From NCBI GenBank assembly GCA_964447495.1, contig CAYUTF010000007.1, forward strand, positions 1-27,212: DNA of 27,212 nucleotides, written 5' to 3'. The DNA is from an uncultured archaeon (lineage in GTDB: Archaea; Asgardarchaeota; Lokiarchaeia; Sigyniarchaeales; SOKP01). Positions 1 through 8,506 of the stretch are shown piece after piece. The notes under the pieces are model-generated. The model was not told the DNA's origin. It saw only the letters and a program-made list of their open reading frames with translations, and ran no database searches. Every line of letters starts with the position of its first letter. Position 1 is the stretch's first letter. A program made the position numbers and the translations under genes.

Positions 1-698
1 CCGATGCCGATGCCGATACGGACACCGATGCCGATGCCCCAGTAGATGGATGGGAGGTTGAGGGGGACACTTTTTGTGTGGACAATGTCCTATCGGTATG
101 CACGGCTTCTGGAGCGGATTGCCAGGCGGTGTCTATCATGGAATGTCCTCGGATGTGTGTCGATGGAGCGTGTGTGGAGTGTAGCGAGTATTCCGACTGC
201 GAAAACCCGGGAAGGGAGGTGTGTGAGGATGGGTATTGCAAAACAGCTGATGGATGGGCTGAGATTACACTCTCCCCACTGGTTCTAGAGATAGAACCTA
301 TTAAGCTGTTCTTTCGTGGCGGAGCAGTCTTTGATTCAGAGGAATCAAAGGTTGTAATACAGATGGAGTCGATTAATAGGGAACAATATTCCTTTGAGTT
401 GGGCATTGATACGATTTACAGGTCTTCCGAGATAAACGCAGCGGGCCTCCTCATGTTCAACGGAACCACCGATCCCGATTCCCGCGGGAGTTTTTTGGAC
501 TTCTTTGTGGAGGACTTGGAGATTACCAGCCTAAGCTACGAGTATCCAACTGAGGAGTTTCATGGGAATATTCCTATCGCGGAAGGAGATATGAGGCCAG
601 GAGGGGAGATTAGCGGGGCAATAAGCGTAGCTACCTGCCCTACCTACCCAAAATGCTTTGAGCTTAAGGGGAGATTCTACACAAAGATACATCTCTAG
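1..698 (+). CDS. 5'-truncated Asp-repeat, Cys-rich putative surface/secreted protein
   Basis: The frame of ORF 78..698 is open back to the window edge. From position 3 it reads DADADTDTDADAPVDGWEVEGDTFCVDNVLSVC..., then a Cys-rich block (CPRMCVDGACVECSEYSDCENPGREVCEDGYC) and a beta-rich C-terminal region. The true start lies outside the window. Confidence 0.7.
   Translation, partial: DADADTDTDADAPVDGWEVEGDTFCVDNVLSVCTASGADCQAVSIMECPRMCVDGACVECSEYSDCENPGREVCEDGYCKTADGWAEITLSPLVLEIEPIKLFFRGGAVFDSEESKVVIQMESINREQYSFELGIDTIYRSSEINAAGLLMFNGTTDPDSRGSFLDFFVEDLEITSLSYEYPTEEFHGNIPIAEGDMRPGGEISGAISVATCPTYPKCFELKGRFYTKIHL
3..38 (+). repeat. Imperfect 6-bp coding repeat (GATGCC/GATACG/GACACC) encoding DA/DT dipeptides
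   Basis: gatgcc gatgcc gatacg gacacc gatgcc gatgcc read directly; truncated by the left edge. Confidence 0.85.
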
Positions 699-704
699 AC
701 GACA

Positions 705-733
705 TTCCTTCCCTTCCCCTCCCCTCCCCTTCT
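705..733 (-). repeat. 29-nt polypyrimidine/polypurine tract with a G-quadruplex-type motif on the minus strand
   Basis: Plus strand TTCCTTCCCTTCCCCTCCCCTCCCCTTCT; minus strand contains GGGG-A-GGGG-A-GGGG-AA-GGG. Confidence 0.7.
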
Positions 734-878
734 ATCGGATAATCATTGATTAGATTCCCCCGTTTTGTTCATTATTTGCTCCCGATTTGCTGCGCCTTTT
801 TATCCCCTATTCGCCCGTAAAATAATCCTATGTACTCCCCTATGTATCCATAAAAAGACTCTATCAGATCTCAGTCTG

Positions 879-895
879 AACCGGTCTGACCGGTT
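879..895. promoter_or_regulatory. Perfect 17-bp palindrome, candidate operator
   Basis: AACCGGTC-T-GACCGGTT in intergenic DNA about 90 bp upstream of the terminase start. Confidence 0.55.
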
Positions 896-928
896 TTATA
901 ATTGTATCCTCTATAAATCTCTGGAGGG

Positions 929-956
929 TTGAAAAATTTTGGTGTTATGGCATATT
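929..956 (+). promoter_or_regulatory. Possible sigma70-type promoter of the terminase operon
   Basis: TTGAAA (929-934), 16-nt spacer ending in TGn, CATATT (951-956). RBS TAAGGAG precedes ATG 984. Confidence 0.35.
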
Positions 957-983
957 TGTCTTAGAGGACACTAAGGAGTTTTT

Positions 984-3551
984 ATGGAATCAACAAAGGA
1001 TACACGAGACACAGAAGAGGTTTATGCCGATAATTTAGACCAAGCAGAGGAGGTTCTTAAAGATACTCCGTTTGAAACAAAAAAGGGGAGGCTTACCGAT
1101 AAACAGTTATGCAAGCTTACGGACGTTATTCTGAGTTTTTCTCAGATGATGTGCGGGATCGATTTGCATGACTATGAGTTAGAGTTTGGTTGGAGGGTTA
1201 TTTATTCGATATTGGTCGAGGATGCCGAGGAGATAACCGCTCTTTTCGCTAGGCAGTCAGGGAAAACGGAGACGGTTGCTGTTACGGTTTGTGGCTTAAT
1301 GGTGATGTTACCTTTATTGGCCGAGAAAATTCCCCACGACGATCGGATAGTTAAGTTTAAAGATGGGTTTTGGGTGGGTATCTATGCTCCCCACTATCAT
1401 CAATCGGATATTATGTTTCGTCGTATGAAGGCTAGGATGTATTCTCAAGAGTCTAAGGCCACACTGCTAGACCCCGAGATAGATATAGACTTGACAAAGA
1501 AGAAGGTAATAGAAAATCTTAAGCTTCCTAACAAATCCTCTGTGCATTGTGGAACCGCAGCTCCTCAGTCTAAGATCGAAGGGGAGACCTTCCACTTAAT
1601 TATTTGTGAGGAAGCTCAAGATATTGATAGGAATGCCCTTAGGTCGTCTATCCATCCAATGGCCGCGGCCACTGCTGGGTCATTAGTAAAGATAGGCACG
1701 GTCAATAGGGTAAAGTCCGATTTCTTTGAGGCATGTAAGAGGAACAAGAGGTCGGATATTGTTCATGGAAGAACTAGAGCGGCAAAGCGCAAGCATTTTG
1801 AGTTTGACTACACAGTTGCACAGAGGAATAACCCTAAGTACCGTAAGTATGTAGAAAAAGAGATTGAAAGGTTGGGGTACGATTCTGATGATTTCCGGAT
1901 GAAGTATAGACTTCATTGGTTATTAGAACGTGGTATGTTCGTAAACTCTGATATGTTTGATGAGTGCGGGATTAAAGAAGCCGATTATCTGAAAGTGTAT
2001 AAAGGGGGTAGAGGGCGCAGGAGGGCAATAAAGTTTATGCGTTCGCATAACTTAATAACCTACGACCCATCAACGCAAAAAATTGTGGCATCAGTGGACG
2101 TAGGTAAGGAGTTTTCAACTGTTGTCACTATTGGTAGGCCGTTTTACGATATGCCTATTGATTATGCGGATACTATAAGGTTTCCAATTCATATTTGGAA
2201 TTGGCTTGAGTTGCAGGGGGACGATCATGAGGAGCAGCATTCTAAGATTCTTGATTTCTTAGCGAACTACAGGATTTCGGATGTTATAGTGGATGCTACG
2301 GGTAAGGGTGACCCGGTTTATTCAAGATTGGCGGCAGATTTGCGAAGTTTAGATATAGCAGTTCATCCCTTTATTTTTTCCGCTACGAGTAAAGATAGGG
2401 GATACAAAGCTTTTTTGCAGGAGATTAATAGTAAACGGTTTACATACCCGGCGGGGCCTATGGCGGCAAGAACGCAGAAGTGGAAAAGGTTCCAGTTGCA
2501 GATGACCGATTTAAGAAAAACCTGGCGAGGAAATACTATGGTTGTACAGAAGGATAAGACTAGTGATGAGGCACGAGATGATTATTGTATGGCAGAGGAT
2601 ATGGAGATTCTAACTCAAAGTGGCTGGGAAGGGTTTAAGACGTTTTCTACCACCTCATTGGTTGCGAATTATGACCCGAGTACAGAAGCGATACAGTACC
2701 TCCCTGCAACTAGAATTATTCGCAGAAATCTGTATCGAAAGGAGTTTATGGTCAGTATCCAGGGGGATTTTGTGGACCAATTAGTCACGGACTGCCACAA
2801 GATGTATTTCGAGAAAATGACTAAGGGCAATATTTGGATTAGGGATATAGACACAGCGGAGAGCCTACTTCAAATATCACCGAATAAGGTTTCAATTCCG
2901 GCAGCGGCGAAGCAGACCCCTAGGTGGGCGACGTATCAGCGTCATGAGATACTCTCTATGGGGCATAGGCTATTGACGGGTGAGTTGCCGAGCATTCCAA
3001 AGTCCATGCTTGGGGCATTGACTTCGGATGAATGTTATTTCTTGTTGAGCTTATTTCTCACTAACGGGGAGTGTGGAGAGATCACAGATATTGATAGAGG
3101 TTATTTTGTTAAGAGTAAAGCCTTGGCTGATGGAGTGCATGAATTAGCGTTTAAGTCGGGGAAATATTCACGCATAGAAATGACGGATACAGGATATTTG
3201 GTTTATCTTTATGATCTTAAGAGGAGCCCTATAGTTACTTGTGAGAAGAAGGAGTATAGCGGTTCGGTATGGTGTGTAACAGTGCCTACTGGGTTTTTTA
3301 TCTGTAGACGCAATGGAAAAATTTCTGTGACGGGCAATTGCGACTCGGCAATGATGTTAAATTGGTTGGTGAACGTTGGGGCTTCCATGGAGGTTGAAGA
3401 AGGTGATAATATGCTCTTGGGTAGAGTTGCCCGATTGGCGTCTAATGGAGATATCCATGGGGCGGTACGTGCGATGAATCAACGGCTGAAAACCTACAGG
3501 AAAAATTTAGGTTTTAGCAAAAAGCGTAGGCAGAACTCGAAGTGGGATTAA
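984..3551 (+). CDS. terL: Terminase large subunit, intein-containing
   Basis: Walker A ARQSGKT, Walker B LIICEEAQ, RNase H-like nuclease motifs VASVDVGK and VIVDATGKGD, C-terminal acidic motif DDY/CDS split by an intein. Lies directly upstream of the portal. Confidence 0.95.
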   Translation: MESTKDTRDTEEVYADNLDQAEEVLKDTPFETKKGRLTDKQLCKLTDVILSFSQMMCGIDLHDYELEFGWRVIYSILVEDAEEITALFARQSGKTETVAVTVCGLMVMLPLLAEKIPHDDRIVKFKDGFWVGIYAPHYHQSDIMFRRMKARMYSQESKATLLDPEIDIDLTKKKVIENLKLPNKSSVHCGTAAPQSKIEGETFHLIICEEAQDIDRNALRSSIHPMAAATAGSLVKIGTVNRVKSDFFEACKRNKRSDIVHGRTRAAKRKHFEFDYTVAQRNNPKYRKYVEKEIERLGYDSDDFRMKYRLHWLLERGMFVNSDMFDECGIKEADYLKVYKGGRGRRRAIKFMRSHNLITYDPSTQKIVASVDVGKEFSTVVTIGRPFYDMPIDYADTIRFPIHIWNWLELQGDDHEEQHSKILDFLANYRISDVIVDATGKGDPVYSRLAADLRSLDIAVHPFIFSATSKDRGYKAFLQEINSKRFTYPAGPMAARTQKWKRFQLQMTDLRKTWRGNTMVVQKDKTSDEARDDYCMAEDMEILTQSGWEGFKTFSTTSLVANYDPSTEAIQYLPATRIIRRNLYRKEFMVSIQGDFVDQLVTDCHKMYFEKMTKGNIWIRDIDTAESLLQISPNKVSIPAAAKQTPRWATYQRHEILSMGHRLLTGELPSIPKSMLGALTSDECYFLLSLFLTNGECGEITDIDRGYFVKSKALADGVHELAFKSGKYSRIEMTDTGYLVYLYDLKRSPIVTCEKKEYSGSVWCVTVPTGFFICRRNGKISVTGNCDSAMMLNWLVNVGASMEVEEGDNMLLGRVARLASNGDIHGAVRAMNQRLKTYRKNLGFSKKRRQNSKWD
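2586..3338 (+). mobile_element. Intein (251 aa) in TerL with an apparently degenerate LAGLIDADG endonuclease region
   Basis: Block A CMAEDMEILTQSGW, block B LVTDCH (TxxH), block F YSGSVWCVTVPTGFFI, block G ISVTGN followed by +1 Cys. Removing it restores DDYCDS. Confidence 0.93.
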
Positions 3552-3562
3552 TGGAGGAGTAA

Positions 3563-5167
3563 ATGTCCGGATATTCGGTGTCTTCAGCTGAGATACGATT
3601 TGGTATAGCCAATTCCTTTGAAACCCTTTTCAGCGAGGAATTGGGCTTAAACCATGCGCGTAGGCTTCAAGCATATCGGCGTTATTGGTTAGCGTATTTT
3701 GGAGAGCATTGGTCGTATAAAAGAGACCCAGGTGAAGTAGAGCATACGGTTAACTATTGCAGAAAGGCAATAAACAGTCATTTGGATTTCGCGTTCAGTA
3801 AAGGCTTTGAAAATATAGTTCCCGATGACCCGTCGACGACAGAGAATGAGCAGATAACCCGGGATTTTATTAAGGTGAAGCTGGATGAAACGTGGGAGAA
3901 GAATAACAAGGAGCTTTGGCTGGTCGATTGCGGTCAGGGTGGTGGGGTTACGGGTGATGTCTTTGCTCGGGTTAGTTGGGATAAGACCGATTTATTCGAG
4001 GATGCTTATGCTAGAGTGGATATAATTCCGAGCCATTTTTGCTTCCCTGAATTCTGCGGGCCACATGGGGTCGACAGAAAGCGCATAAAGAGGCTACTGA
4101 TAGTTATACCGACTTTTATGGATGTTAACTGGAATGAGCTGGCGCCCGGTAGGTTGCTTGAAAAGAATTTGGGGAACAATAGAGTCACCCTAGTGATGAA
4201 GGCGGAGCTCTGGACATCTCCGGTGGTGGACGATAACGGCGTCATTCAAACCCCTGCTATGGTCTATGAGTATGAGGACAATACTCTGATAAGCGAGAGA
4301 GTTAATCCCTTGCAGGAGATACCGGTAGTTCACATACCCAACTATCCGGTTACGGGGGAATATTATGGTATTTCTGATTTGGTAGACGTAGTGGAGTTGA
4401 ATACCGAGTTTAACGAAAAGATAACGGATATTTCAGATATTATTGATTATCATGGGTCGCCGCAGACGATCGTCAAAGGGTGTAGGTTAAATCAGCTGGA
4501 GCGAGGAGCCAATAGAATTTGGGGTATCCCCGAGACCGGAGATGTTTTTAACCTTGAGCTGAAAGGAGATATGTCGGCAGCGCTAAAGCATGTTGAGTTT
4601 CTGAAGAAATCTTTCCAGGAGCTCTCGAGTTGCCCGGACCACTTTTGGGGAACACCATTGCCCATTAGTAATACTTCAGGGGCGGCATTGCAGATCATGT
4701 TCATGCCAGTGTTACAAAAGCGGGACATGAAGGCGATGGTTTATGGTGCGGGTATACAGAGAATAAATCGACTTATCTTGAGAATGAATGAGATAGCTGA
4801 TTTAGATTTTGCGAAACAGATGAAGAACATCAAAAATCGCTATCGAAACAAGGTGAAGTTCCCGGATCCGATGCCCCGGGATGAAGTTCGTGAGCTTGAA
4901 AGGAACAAGCTGGAAAAAGACCTCGGGATTACTTCCCGGAAGTTCATTTTAAAGAGTAGAGGGCTGACCGATGCCCAAGCAAAAGACATCATGACGGACG
5001 CCGACAAGGACAGGGAAGAAGAGGCCTTGCAGGATTATGAAGTTGGGCTTGGAAGCGGGAATGGAAATTTTGCTCGTGGAGGGTCTAGCGATACTCGGGG
5101 TGAAAAGATTTCGGAGTCAATGAATGAAAAACCTGACGGCCCGAATTCTCCTAAAGAAGAAGAATAG
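3563..5167 (+). CDS. Portal protein, SPP1 gp6-like
   Basis: 534 aa after TerL. Motifs NPLQEIPVVHIPN and YGISDL..VVELNTEFNEKITD, plus NTSGAAL and an acidic disordered tail, are typical of this portal family. Confidence 0.9.
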   Translation: MSGYSVSSAEIRFGIANSFETLFSEELGLNHARRLQAYRRYWLAYFGEHWSYKRDPGEVEHTVNYCRKAINSHLDFAFSKGFENIVPDDPSTTENEQITRDFIKVKLDETWEKNNKELWLVDCGQGGGVTGDVFARVSWDKTDLFEDAYARVDIIPSHFCFPEFCGPHGVDRKRIKRLLIVIPTFMDVNWNELAPGRLLEKNLGNNRVTLVMKAELWTSPVVDDNGVIQTPAMVYEYEDNTLISERVNPLQEIPVVHIPNYPVTGEYYGISDLVDVVELNTEFNEKITDISDIIDYHGSPQTIVKGCRLNQLERGANRIWGIPETGDVFNLELKGDMSAALKHVEFLKKSFQELSSCPDHFWGTPLPISNTSGAALQIMFMPVLQKRDMKAMVYGAGIQRINRLILRMNEIADLDFAKQMKNIKNRYRNKVKFPDPMPRDEVRELERNKLEKDLGITSRKFILKSRGLTDAQAKDIMTDADKDREEEALQDYEVGLGSGNGNFARGGSSDTRGEKISESMNEKPDGPNSPKEEE

Positions 5168-5172
5168 TCTGA

Positions 5173-6042
5173 ATGCCGGCTGACAAGATACTCCAAGAGG
5201 TTGTAGACGTCTTATTCAGGTCTTGGGTTCGCGAGTCCAGATATGTCCGGACACCTTTTCAAAAGATGAATAGAAAGATTCAGGGGAGGCTCGACAAGCA
5301 GGGGTTTAATGCGTCCGGAGAGTGGATGCTTAAGCGAAATGCCGACAGGCTTTCAGCGGCAATCCGGAAAGACATGGCTAAAGCCTTTAATGATGTCGAT
5401 CTGGAAATTCAGTCTGCGGTAGAGCGGGCAGCGGCAAGAGCCGTGAAGTATCAAAAGAGGTTTTTGAAGGCTGCGAACGTCCCCTTTTTAAAGAGTGCCG
5501 AAATCAATGCTATTCATAAAGAAGCGGCAAAGATTTTGAATGAAGATTTCCCGGCGGGGTCTGCGTTAAACTATCGGGACCGATTGAAAATGATACGTAT
5601 GCGGCATGAAAGGGAGCTTTTGGGGTCGCTACGAGCTTCATATAAGTCAGGGGACGCATTAGCACGGATATCGAAAGAGGCAAAATTACGACTTACAAGT
5701 AACACTATCGGAGTAAAGGTACGGGTTTCCGGCGGAAGTGTAGCTAAACAGGTCTCTAGGGTTATGGTCGCCGAGGAGGCTAGGATTTCCCATGAAATAG
5801 AACGTCGTATTCTGGTCGTGCATAACGTTGAGTATGGTTATTGGAGATTGAGTCCAGATCATAAGTGGGAAAATGGTTCTGAGATTTGCGAAGTTTTGGC
5901 GGTGGGGACTGGGGAGGGTGTTCTGAGGTCTTTAAGAGAGGGTGAGTCGCGTCCGGTAATACTCGAAGGGCTGTACCGTCTAGACGAGTGGCCGGAATAT
6001 CCGCATCCTTATTGCAAGTGTCATTTAGAGCCTTGGCTTTAG
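5173..6042 (+). CDS. Minor head/head morphogenesis protein (SPP1 gp7/Mu F-like)
   Basis: Basic helical protein after the portal with C-terminal PHPYCKC (HPxCxC) and an upstream ICEVLA Cys. Confidence 0.75.
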   Translation: MPADKILQEVVDVLFRSWVRESRYVRTPFQKMNRKIQGRLDKQGFNASGEWMLKRNADRLSAAIRKDMAKAFNDVDLEIQSAVERAAARAVKYQKRFLKAANVPFLKSAEINAIHKEAAKILNEDFPAGSALNYRDRLKMIRMRHERELLGSLRASYKSGDALARISKEAKLRLTSNTIGVKVRVSGGSVAKQVSRVMVAEEARISHEIERRILVVHNVEYGYWRLSPDHKWENGSEICEVLAVGTGEGVLRSLREGESRPVILEGLYRLDEWPEYPHPYCKCHLEPWL

Positions 6043-6056
6043 TTTTAAAATTTAAG

Positions 6057-6085
6057 TTGAAATCAGGTTCATTAAACTATAGACT
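6057..6085 (+). promoter_or_regulatory. Sigma70-type promoter for scaffold/capsid/tail genes
   Basis: TTGAAA (6057-6062), 17-nt spacer, TAGACT (6080-6085) in an AT-rich 119-bp intergenic gap. Confidence 0.6.
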
Positions 6086-6161
6086 TATTGTGTTGGTCGT
6101 TGAGATCATTTAACGGTTAATTTTGTTGGGGAGTCAAGTAGTTACCTAAAGGAGGCCGAAA

Positions 6162-6353
6162 ATGGCGAATAGTGCTGGAAGTGTTACCGGTGGTGACCAG
6201 AGCAAAACCGATACCAATCGTGGGTCGTCCATGACCTTCCCGTTTTCAAAGGGAGGCAGAAAAACCAATCGTATTGGGAGTCCGTCGGGAACCCCCAATT
6301 CCAACACGGTTGACGGAAATGCCCGAAAGGCGAGTGATCCGAGGTACGCGTAA
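6162..6353 (+). CDS. Small G/S/T/N/R-rich hypothetical protein (63 aa)
   Basis: Strong RBS AAAGGAGG before the ATG; fills the gap between the promoter and the scaffold gene. Confidence 0.7.
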   Translation: MANSAGSVTGGDQSKTDTNRGSSMTFPFSKGGRKTNRIGSPSGTPNSNTVDGNARKASDPRYA

Positions 6354-6393
6354 AGACTTCGGTGGGTTTATGGATTCATTATAGGAGAAAACT

Positions 6394-7197
6394 ATGGGTG
6401 TAGAAAACGAAAACAGTCAAGGCAAAGTTCCCGAGGGGCAGGACCAGGGAGGGGTAACCCCTCCGGAAAAGGGCGGAGTAACTCCTCCGGAGACATCACA
6501 GAAAGCAGCAAAAGAGCCAGAGGAAAAGAAGGCAGAGCCGCTTTATTCGGCAGAACAGTTGAATGAGCTTCTGAATAAGGTCAGAAAAGACGAGAAAACG
6601 AAGCATCAAGACAAGATTGAGCAAACCGCGAAGCTGGTAAAAAGCCAAGCGGAGAGTCTCAAACGTTTTGAGGAGATGTTAGAGGAAGCTAAGAATAAGT
6701 TGGAAAGTCTCAAGGAAACAAAGTCCAAAGCGAAGGGTGAAGTTTCCGAAGAGTTGGAGAAGCTCCGAGAAGAAAAAAGGAAGCTGGAAGTAGGGATGGA
6801 AGAGTTGGCAACCTTGTCCGCGAAGCAGATTCATGCTGTTGAGTTGCAGGGGGCCAAGGAGAGATTAATCTTAAAGCATGGGCTAAAGTTTCCTGAGTTG
6901 GTTTACGGGGAAACTGTTGAGGAGTTGGAGAAGTCTGCCGAGGAGGCTTTGAAACGAGAGCAAGCACTCATCCAAGACGCCGTAAAGGAAGCCGAAGTTC
7001 GTGCAAAAGAAAAAATGTCTTCTACCATGGTTGACGGTCTCCCCAAGCCAATGTCTCCCAATGCCTCAATGGGTAATGGCAACGATTTGCCGACAGGGCA
7101 TAAGTCGTTTGAGCAGATTGCAGCGTTACCCAAAGACCAGTTTCTAAAAATCCGATCGGAAATTCTCCAAGAAGCGAGGAGAAAAGCCGGAATTTAA
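6394..7197 (+). CDS. Capsid scaffolding protein
   Basis: E/K-rich coiled coil with disordered N-terminus directly before the major capsid gene; RBS TAGGAG. Confidence 0.8.
   Translation: MGVENENSQGKVPEGQDQGGVTPPEKGGVTPPETSQKAAKEPEEKKAEPLYSAEQLNELLNKVRKDEKTKHQDKIEQTAKLVKSQAESLKRFEEMLEEAKNKLESLKETKSKAKGEVSEELEKLREEKRKLEVGMEELATLSAKQIHAVELQGAKERLILKHGLKFPELVYGETVEELEKSAEEALKREQALIQDAVKEAEVRAKEKMSSTMVDGLPKPMSPNASMGNGNDLPTGHKSFEQIAALPKDQFLKIRSEILQEARRKAGI
6448..6492 (+). repeat. Two-copy 24-bp-period repeat encoding GGVTPPE; each copy is palindromic
   Basis: GGAGGGGT-A-ACCCCTCC (6448-6464) and GGCGGAGT-A-ACTCCTCC (6472-6488). Confidence 0.8.
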
Positions 7198-7225
7198 CGA
7201 CCGGCATAGCTAAGGAGAATCAGAT

Positions 7226-8188
7226 ATGGCAAGTTATTCCGGTGTACAGACGGCTGGGGATGTTAAGGCTCTTCCTCAAGCAGTGTTGGATGTCTTTTCC
7301 ATGGACATGCTTCATGAAGCTATGGGCATCATGAAGTTTGATGTCTTTGCGGTCAAAAAGACTGAGTTGATGAAGCAACCGGGTGAGACCATCACCATGA
7401 CTCGGTACAACAACATCCCCCGGGGTGGTCGTTTGGACGAGCATGTCGAGATGGTTGAGAAGTCGATGTCCGCAAGTCAGCAGGCCATCACGGTTACTGA
7501 GTGGGGCAACGCGATTGGTGTCACTGAAAAACTGCTTCAACTTTCGGCTGACGACCAGATGTCCGAGGCAGGAGTTCAGTTGGGTCGGGACTATGCCGTG
7601 GTTCATGACCTCATGCACCGCGATGCCTTGACCTTGGCGACCCAAGAAGTCTATGCGGGTGATCATACTTCCATGCCCGCGCTGGTAGGTGGGACGGATT
7701 ATTTCGACGTGGAAATGATTCGACAGGGTGTGGAGATTCTCCAAACGGGCAATGCTCCCAAGTTCATGGGTGACTTCTACGTATGTTTCATCACCCCCCA
7801 CCAGGCCGCATCGATTAAGCGTGATCCCGATTGGATTGGAGCGCAGAATTATGCAGGTACTCGAGCACTGTTCACCGGTGAGATTGGTCGATGGGAAGAT
7901 GTTATCTTCATTTCAACCACGCATTGTCGCTCGGGTGCTGGGGCTGCGGTAGACCCCGGATACGAAGCCACTTTCGTGAACGCAGCTGTGGGCGGTGCCT
8001 TACCGGCGCATGTCTACGAAGGTCTCCTGTTGGGTGACAGTGCTTATGGTAAAGCCACGGCACTTCCGGCAGAAGTTCGTCAGAGTGAGGTCAAGGATTA
8101 CGGCAGAAAGCACGGATTAGCCTGGTACGCGATTATGGGTTCCGGGATTTTGGATGACAAGTTTGTCATCCGTATGCTGAGCGTGTAG
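7226..8188 (+). CDS. Major capsid protein, N4-gp56-like family (HK97 fold)
   Basis: 320 aa with PGETITMTRY, ITVTEWGNAI, YVCFITPHQ..IKRDPDW, LFTGEIGRWEDVIFI and DYGR..GLAWYAIMG motifs; follows the scaffold; RBS TAAGGAG. Confidence 0.9.
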   Translation: MASYSGVQTAGDVKALPQAVLDVFSMDMLHEAMGIMKFDVFAVKKTELMKQPGETITMTRYNNIPRGGRLDEHVEMVEKSMSASQQAITVTEWGNAIGVTEKLLQLSADDQMSEAGVQLGRDYAVVHDLMHRDALTLATQEVYAGDHTSMPALVGGTDYFDVEMIRQGVEILQTGNAPKFMGDFYVCFITPHQAASIKRDPDWIGAQNYAGTRALFTGEIGRWEDVIFISTTHCRSGAGAAVDPGYEATFVNAAVGGALPAHVYEGLLLGDSAYGKATALPAEVRQSEVKDYGRKHGLAWYAIMGSGILDDKFVIRMLSV

Positions 8189-8202
8189 TCCGAGGAGGGC
8201 AA

Positions 8203-8502
8203 ATGGCAAAGACGAAAAAGGTTTCTAAGGAATATGTAGTTCCGAGTCAGAGTACCGTAGAAGCTAAGCCGAAGGAAAAGATTCCAGAGGTTGAGGAGTC
8301 GAAGCCGATAGTTGCGTTTTCTGTGAATAAGGCGAAGAATGTTCGTCATGCGGTACCGGCCGAAGATGTTTTGTTCAAAGCAGTAGCTTTGCAGGACGCT
8401 TCGAGGTTCGTTGGCGGGTGGATCACTTTAGAAGCAGGGAAAGAAGTCCGCGCTCGGAAAGAGGTTATTGAGAGTCTTCGGCGTCAAGGACTAGTGAGGT
8501 AA
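8203..8502 (+). CDS. Hypothetical head-associated protein
   Basis: RBS GAGGAGG; 99 aa between capsid and adaptor genes. Confidence 0.65.
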   Translation: MAKTKKVSKEYVVPSQSTVEAKPKEKIPEVEESKPIVAFSVNKAKNVRHAVPAEDVLFKAVALQDASRFVGGWITLEAGKEVRARKEVIESLRRQGLVR

Positions 8503-8506
8503 TTGT

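Noticed and set aside
46-288. 80-aa alternative-frame ORF
   Set aside because: It overlaps the longer Asp-repeat/Cys-rich frame, which is open from the edge and more protein-like.
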